Shown here piece after piece: positions 17,172 through 20,845 of a DNA stretch of 20,845 bases. The DNA is from Oligoflexus sp. (lineage in GTDB: Bacteria; Bdellovibrionota_B; Oligoflexia; Oligoflexales; Oligoflexaceae), in assembly GCA_041736305.1 (NCBI GenBank), contig JBGSTX010000125.1, positions 1-20,845 on the forward strand, written 5' to 3'. A program made the position numbers and the translations under genes. A model generated the notes under the pieces. The model was not told the origin of the DNA. It was given only the letters and a program-made list of their open reading frames with translations, and did no database searches. How positions within the stretch are numbered: the first letter of the stretch is position 1; each line of letters begins with the position of its first letter.

Positions 17172-17480
17172 ATGGTAAAGTCGGAGCTCATCGAAAGTCT
17201 GGCCGAGCGAGCTGACATCACCTTGGCCAAGGCCGAAGAAGTGGTGGACCTTTTCTTCAACAGCATCACTGAGACCTTGGCTCAGGGAGACCGTGTCGAA
17301 ATTCGCGGCTTTGGAGCTTTTACGGTGCGCGATTACAAGTCGTATAAAGGACGGAATCCCAAGACCGGCGAGCAAATCGTCGTCCCACCAAAACGTCTCC
17401 CTTTTTGGAAAACTGGACAAGAACTCAAGCAGCGCGTCGATTCTGCATTTGTTGATAAGTTAAAGCGGGGAGAAGGCTGA
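17172..17480 (+). CDS. ihfB: Integration host factor beta / HU family DNA-binding protein
   Basis: MVKSELIE, GDRVEIRGFG.F, GRNPKTGE, K.LPFWK.G.ELK.RVD; AGGGG RBS. Confidence 0.9.
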   Translation: MVKSELIESLAERADITLAKAEEVVDLFFNSITETLAQGDRVEIRGFGAFTVRDYKSYKGRNPKTGEQIVVPPKRLPFWKTGQELKQRVDSAFVDKLKRGEG

Positions 17481-17544
17481 GAAAGTCTCCAGCTCTTAAC
17501 TTCAGCTCTTGACAAATGCGAGGCTAGATAGACATTTCTGCTCA

Positions 17545-17564
17545 GGCCGAGTCGTGCGTCGGCC
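17545..17564 (+). terminator. Hairpin between ihfB and the FmdB-type gene (terminator or leader hairpin)
   Basis: GGCCGA-N8-TCGGCC followed by gtattatt. Confidence 0.3.
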
Positions 17565-17587
17565 GTATTATTCAGGAGTCAGGTCTC

Positions 17588-17929
17588 ATGCCTATCTATG
17601 AGTTTCGTTGTCAAGAATGCAATAAAGTATCCGAATTTCAGCTCAAAATAGCCGATCCGCATCCTAAGGACTGCCCTGGCTGCGGGCAGGCGGGACTAAA
17701 AAAAATTATGAGTCTCCCTGCCTTTCAACTGAAAGGTGGGGGATGGTACGCGGATTCTTATGACGGCCGTTCTAATAAAAAAGCTGACCCCAGCCCCGCG
17801 AGCGCTGAGAGCGCCAGCCCTTCAGCTGCTCCTGCCGCAGCTGCGACTTCGCCTTCTGCCCCGGCTGCTTCTGCTTCTGCCCCGGCTCCTGCGGCGGCAG
17901 CACCTAGCTCATCGAAAGACAAGTCCTAA
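17588..17929 (+). CDS. FmdB family zinc ribbon protein (CxxC-CxxC) with Ala/Ser/Pro-rich tail
   Basis: MPIYEFRCQEC...CPGCG...LKKIMS..AFQLKGGGWY.DSY; AGGAG RBS. Confidence 0.92.
   Translation: MPIYEFRCQECNKVSEFQLKIADPHPKDCPGCGQAGLKKIMSLPAFQLKGGGWYADSYDGRSNKKADPSPASAESASPSAAPAAAATSPSAPAASASAPAPAAAAPSSSKDKS
17853..17887 (+). repeat. Short direct repeat in the low-complexity tail
   Basis: CTTCTGCCCCGGCT at 17853 and 17874 (21-nt period, in frame). Confidence 0.7.
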
Positions 17930-17936
17930 GCTCAAC

Positions 17937-19485
17937 TCAAGGTGCTGGAGTCTGATCCCGTAAGGCGCTCGTCACCCAGCCCTTGATCTCATTCTGTGAC
18001 AGTCCCGCTGAAGGTGCGGCGTAAACCCTTACGATCGTCACCGAAGCGTTGCTCGCAATCAAACTCGAATAATCTTCGATCGGGCAAACGCGTGGTTGCT
18101 GGAGATCGTCCTTCTTAATGAGCCTGAGATAATTGGTGCTTTTTTCTGGGCCCTGCCGCGGCCGGAAACGAGTCAGCGAGTTGGCTGAGGAGATCTCTTG
18201 GTGCCGAACTCCCTTGCTTTCCAGTACTTCAGTGACCGTTTCAATGCTGCGTCGATTGATTTCGCCTCGCGTACCCGAGATCTCATAGACGCGTTTCCAG
18301 AGATTGCGATTATAGAGCAGGTCAGCGACCATGATTTCGGCGAGCTGCCTCTGTTCTTTCGGTAGCTGCTGAGCCGCTTCCCACAGAGCCTGCCCAATAT
18401 TATATTCGTCGATAGCCGTATAATTCTCCAGCCGAGCCGGGAGTCGCCAGGAGCGCAGCATAGCCGTCAGATGCCACATCATGGCTTCTGCAGCGACGGA
18501 CGACTTATGAAAATAGAGCTGCAAATACATAGAATAGCGCGCTCGCAGGTAATCCTCAAAGGCAGCCAAACCTGAGAGAAGTATGGCGACGTGCAGCTGC
18601 TTATCACTGTCGTCAAAGTAGAGACAGAGCGAATCGAGGATGCGGTCAACATCGAAGACTCCATAGACGACACCGCATTCCCGTGAATCGCGCAAAAGAT
18701 AATCCATCCATCCGGTCTATATCGAGTTCCCCCGAGATGAGTTCGCGGAGCAAATGCTGGGCCTGATCGTGAATTAATGGCGATTCAGCAGCCGGTTTGA
18801 TGGCTGGATTGACGATCGCGATCACGTCGCGCGGATCGATGCAGAGGGAGAGAGCGCTGTGCTCGTGGTAGACGTGCTTGAGGATTTTCTCGATCAAGAG
18901 TATCGAATAGATCTCATGGCGAACGCGCTCCACAGCCGGATCGAGCCCCTGTTCTTTGAGAGTCTTGGCGCGATCGACGAGATAATCATGCAGATAGTCG
19001 GGAAGGTCGGGGTTCGCATTGAGGACCTCGGTCCAGGTGGGCATAAAATGCTCACCGCTGTGCGAGAAGGGAGGATGACCGACATCGTGAAGGAGAGCGG
19101 CTAGGCGAAAGGTCTGCAGGACATAGTCGGAGTTGAAGATTTTATCCATCAGGGCAAAAGTAGGAAAGAGGCGCCCATGCTGACCCGTGGGATCTTCTTG
19201 CATTTCCGCAGTCGCAAAATTCTGGTCGCTGACTAGACTGTTCCGCAGGCGCGCTTGGTTGGCCTTCAACTTTTCCCAAGCCCGTCCAGCCAGATGCAGG
19301 ACACCGAGCGAATGCTCAAAGCGGGTGTGCGTGGCACCAGGGAAAACATAGTGTAAAAAAGCCAGCTGACGGATCCTGCGCAGCCTTTGAAAGAAGGGGT
19401 GGCTGATCACCAGGTCCTCGAGCTCACTGACATCGATACTGCCGTGCAGGTTGTCGCGAATGCGTCGCACGAGAGTGAGTTCCAT
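17937..19485 (-). pseudogene. HD-domain phosphohydrolase (SAMHD1/EF1143-like dNTP triphosphohydrolase family), frameshifted by a 4-bp duplication
   Basis: N-part: IRDNLHG, FQRLRRIRQL, FPGATHTRFEHSLG, AALLHDVGHPPFSH, HE, DIDRMD. C-part in another frame: MDYLLRDS, ARYSMYLQLYFHK. Removing one GGAT restores DIDRMDYLLRDS and a single 514-aa ORF from ATG 19485 (AGGAG RBS). Confidence 0.88.
18702..18713. repeat. (ATCC)3 / (GGAT)3 tetranucleotide repeat at the frameshift
   Basis: Plus strand reads ATCCATCCATCC; an intact frame requires two units. Confidence 0.9.
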
Positions 19486-19508
19486 CTGAGTCTGTCTCCT
19501 TCTTGAGG

Positions 19509-20576
19509 TCAATCCCTGTAGTAACTGCCTTTGACGTCGGATAGAAACTTATACCCGCGCAGTTCCATCTCAGCTCGCAGTTCGGCTAGCATCAGGGGAA
19601 CCGCTAAGGGGCCCCGATAAACCAAACTCGTATATATTTGCACAGCGGACGCGCCGCGAGCTATGCGTTGAAAGACATCCTGCCCAGACAGTATGCCGCC
19701 TGAGGCGATGAGAGGGAGGCGGCCCTCGAGAACTTCGTGCGCCCATTCGAGACAGGCCGTAGCCTGGAGAGCGAGCGGATGTCCGCTGAGACCTCCCTTT
19801 TCGGGATGCTCCACGCGGTGCGTGTTGGATAGAATCAGTCCCTGAAAGCCGGCCTCCGCCAGGGCCTGCACCAAAGACTGAAAGGCCTGACGAGGCATAT
19901 CAGGATCGAGCTTCACCCAGATCTTGTGGAGATCAGCCCGGTGCCGCTGCGCCAATTCTCGTAGAAACTGCTCGTTAGCCAGCCCTCGCAAGCCTTCCGT
20001 ATTGGGCGAGGAAACATTGACCACAAAATATTTGGCGTAGGGAGCAAAGGTTTCGATACCAAAACTGTAGTCTTCAATGGCGGCTTCGAGTGAAGTGTCT
20101 TTATTCTTCCCGAGATTGATGCCGAGAGGGACTGGATCGTGCCGCCATTGCAGGCGTCTGAGACGGGCTGCAACCCGCTCTGCCCCGTCGCTATTGAAGC
20201 CCATTCGGTTGATCAAGCCGCCCTGATCTTCTAGTCGAAAGAGTCGGGGTTTAGGATTGCCCGGCTGAGGGCGCGGGGTGATCGTTCCTATTTCTAGAAA
20301 GCTAAATCCCATCTGCGCGAAACCATGGGGCGCCCGTGCATTTTTATCAAATCCGGCTGCTAAACCTAGCGGATGGGTGAGGTCACCGATCCCGGGTAGA
20401 GGCGATGCCAGACCATCGACCAGGGCGTTGAGCGAGGCTTGGGGAAGACTGCCCAGGACCTGCCGCTCGAGCAGCCACATGCCGATTTCATGGGCCAGTT
20501 CTGCCGGAAGGAGACGGAGCAGAGCAGTTCCAAATCGCAAAAATCGCGCGAGAGGCAACGAGACCGATGCGGGCAT
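19509..20576 (-). CDS. pyrD: Dihydroorotate dehydrogenase (quinone), class 2
   Basis: AELAH, PLGLAAGFDKNA, EIGTITPRPQPGNPKPRLFRL, INRMGFNS, NLGKNK, NVSSPNTEGLR, KLDPD, SNT, GGLSG, GASAVQIYT.LVY.GP. Confidence 0.97.
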   Translation of the reverse strand: MPASVSLPLARFLRFGTALLRLLPAELAHEIGMWLLERQVLGSLPQASLNALVDGLASPLPGIGDLTHPLGLAAGFDKNARAPHGFAQMGFSFLEIGTITPRPQPGNPKPRLFRLEDQGGLINRMGFNSDGAERVAARLRRLQWRHDPVPLGINLGKNKDTSLEAAIEDYSFGIETFAPYAKYFVVNVSSPNTEGLRGLANEQFLRELAQRHRADLHKIWVKLDPDMPRQAFQSLVQALAEAGFQGLILSNTHRVEHPEKGGLSGHPLALQATACLEWAHEVLEGRLPLIASGGILSGQDVFQRIARGASAVQIYTSLVYRGPLAVPLMLAELRAEMELRGYKFLSDVKGSYYRD

Positions 20577-20627
20577 AAGCGACTCATGGAGCTAGAGATG
20601 ATAGTTGACCAAAATCTTCCTATGAAT

Positions 20628-20770
20628 AGCTGCTCTACCCGAGTCTGTCGAGTGGAGTCTGGGGGCGCAGAGCAAAAGTCTCAGGCAGCTAGCCGAAGCT
20701 TTAGCAGGGGATTTTGCAAGAGACCAGGGCGCCAAAACCCAGACGCACTCGGGCCATTTTTAGGGCGGCT
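20628..20770. ncRNA. Candidate structured RNA / long imperfect hairpin, identity unknown
   Basis: Six nested stems found by eye (see findings); cUUCGg apical loop on the minus strand. Confidence 0.35.
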
Positions 20771-20793
20771 TCTACACGAATGCACCTTGCCGA

Positions 20794-20802
20794 TGCTATA
20801 CT
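20794..20802 (+). promoter_or_regulatory. Possible extended -10 element for a gene beyond the window
   Basis: TGcTATACT; no clear -35. Confidence 0.4.
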
Positions 20803-20845
20803 GAAAAAGAACAAACCTGCATCACCTCACGATCTTCGCATCCCC

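Noticed and set aside
17790..17910. GCT/CCT-rich repeats considered as a CRISPR or VNTR
   Set aside because: They encode the Ala/Ser/Pro tail typical of FmdB-type proteins; no repeat-spacer structure.
5863..19485. HAD, HD and HTH genes as a dispersed anti-phage defence system
   Set aside because: They are not clustered, sit among housekeeping genes, and have no neighbouring mobility or defence markers.
20439..20804. 121-aa plus-strand ORF over the pyrD upstream region
   Set aside because: Overlaps the pyrD start antisense; no motifs or RBS; the region is better explained as regulatory or structured sequence.

Overview
Gene-dense bacterial chromosomal region of housekeeping character. Protein style (Cys-paired ASH repeats, delta-type IHF-beta, many lipoproteins) suggests Bdellovibrionota/Oligoflexia-like origin; this is inference. 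Left to right: a CheB-CheR fusion running off the left edge (absent from the ORF track), a lipoprotein trypsin-like protease with a P-domain, a DUF4197 lipoprotein, a minus-strand MlaF-like ATPase/HAD/MATE cluster, hemD, a ~1030-aa modular surface lipoprotein, two secreted hypothetical proteins, an HTH plus coiled-coil protein, cmk, aroA, ihfB, an FmdB-type zinc ribbon protein, a SAMHD1/EF1143-like HD protein, and pyrD. I saw no rRNA, tRNA, CRISPR, transposase or integrase, and I cannot support a clear novel multi-gene system. Best leads: the HD gene is split by one extra GGAT unit inside its DRMDY motif; a ~143-nt nested hairpin with a cUUCGg apex lies upstream of pyrD; matching sigma-28-like promoters precede two exported-protein genes; the orphan MlaF-like ATPase lacks the switch histidine; and a consensus IHF site sits inside an inverted repeat upstream of ihfB.
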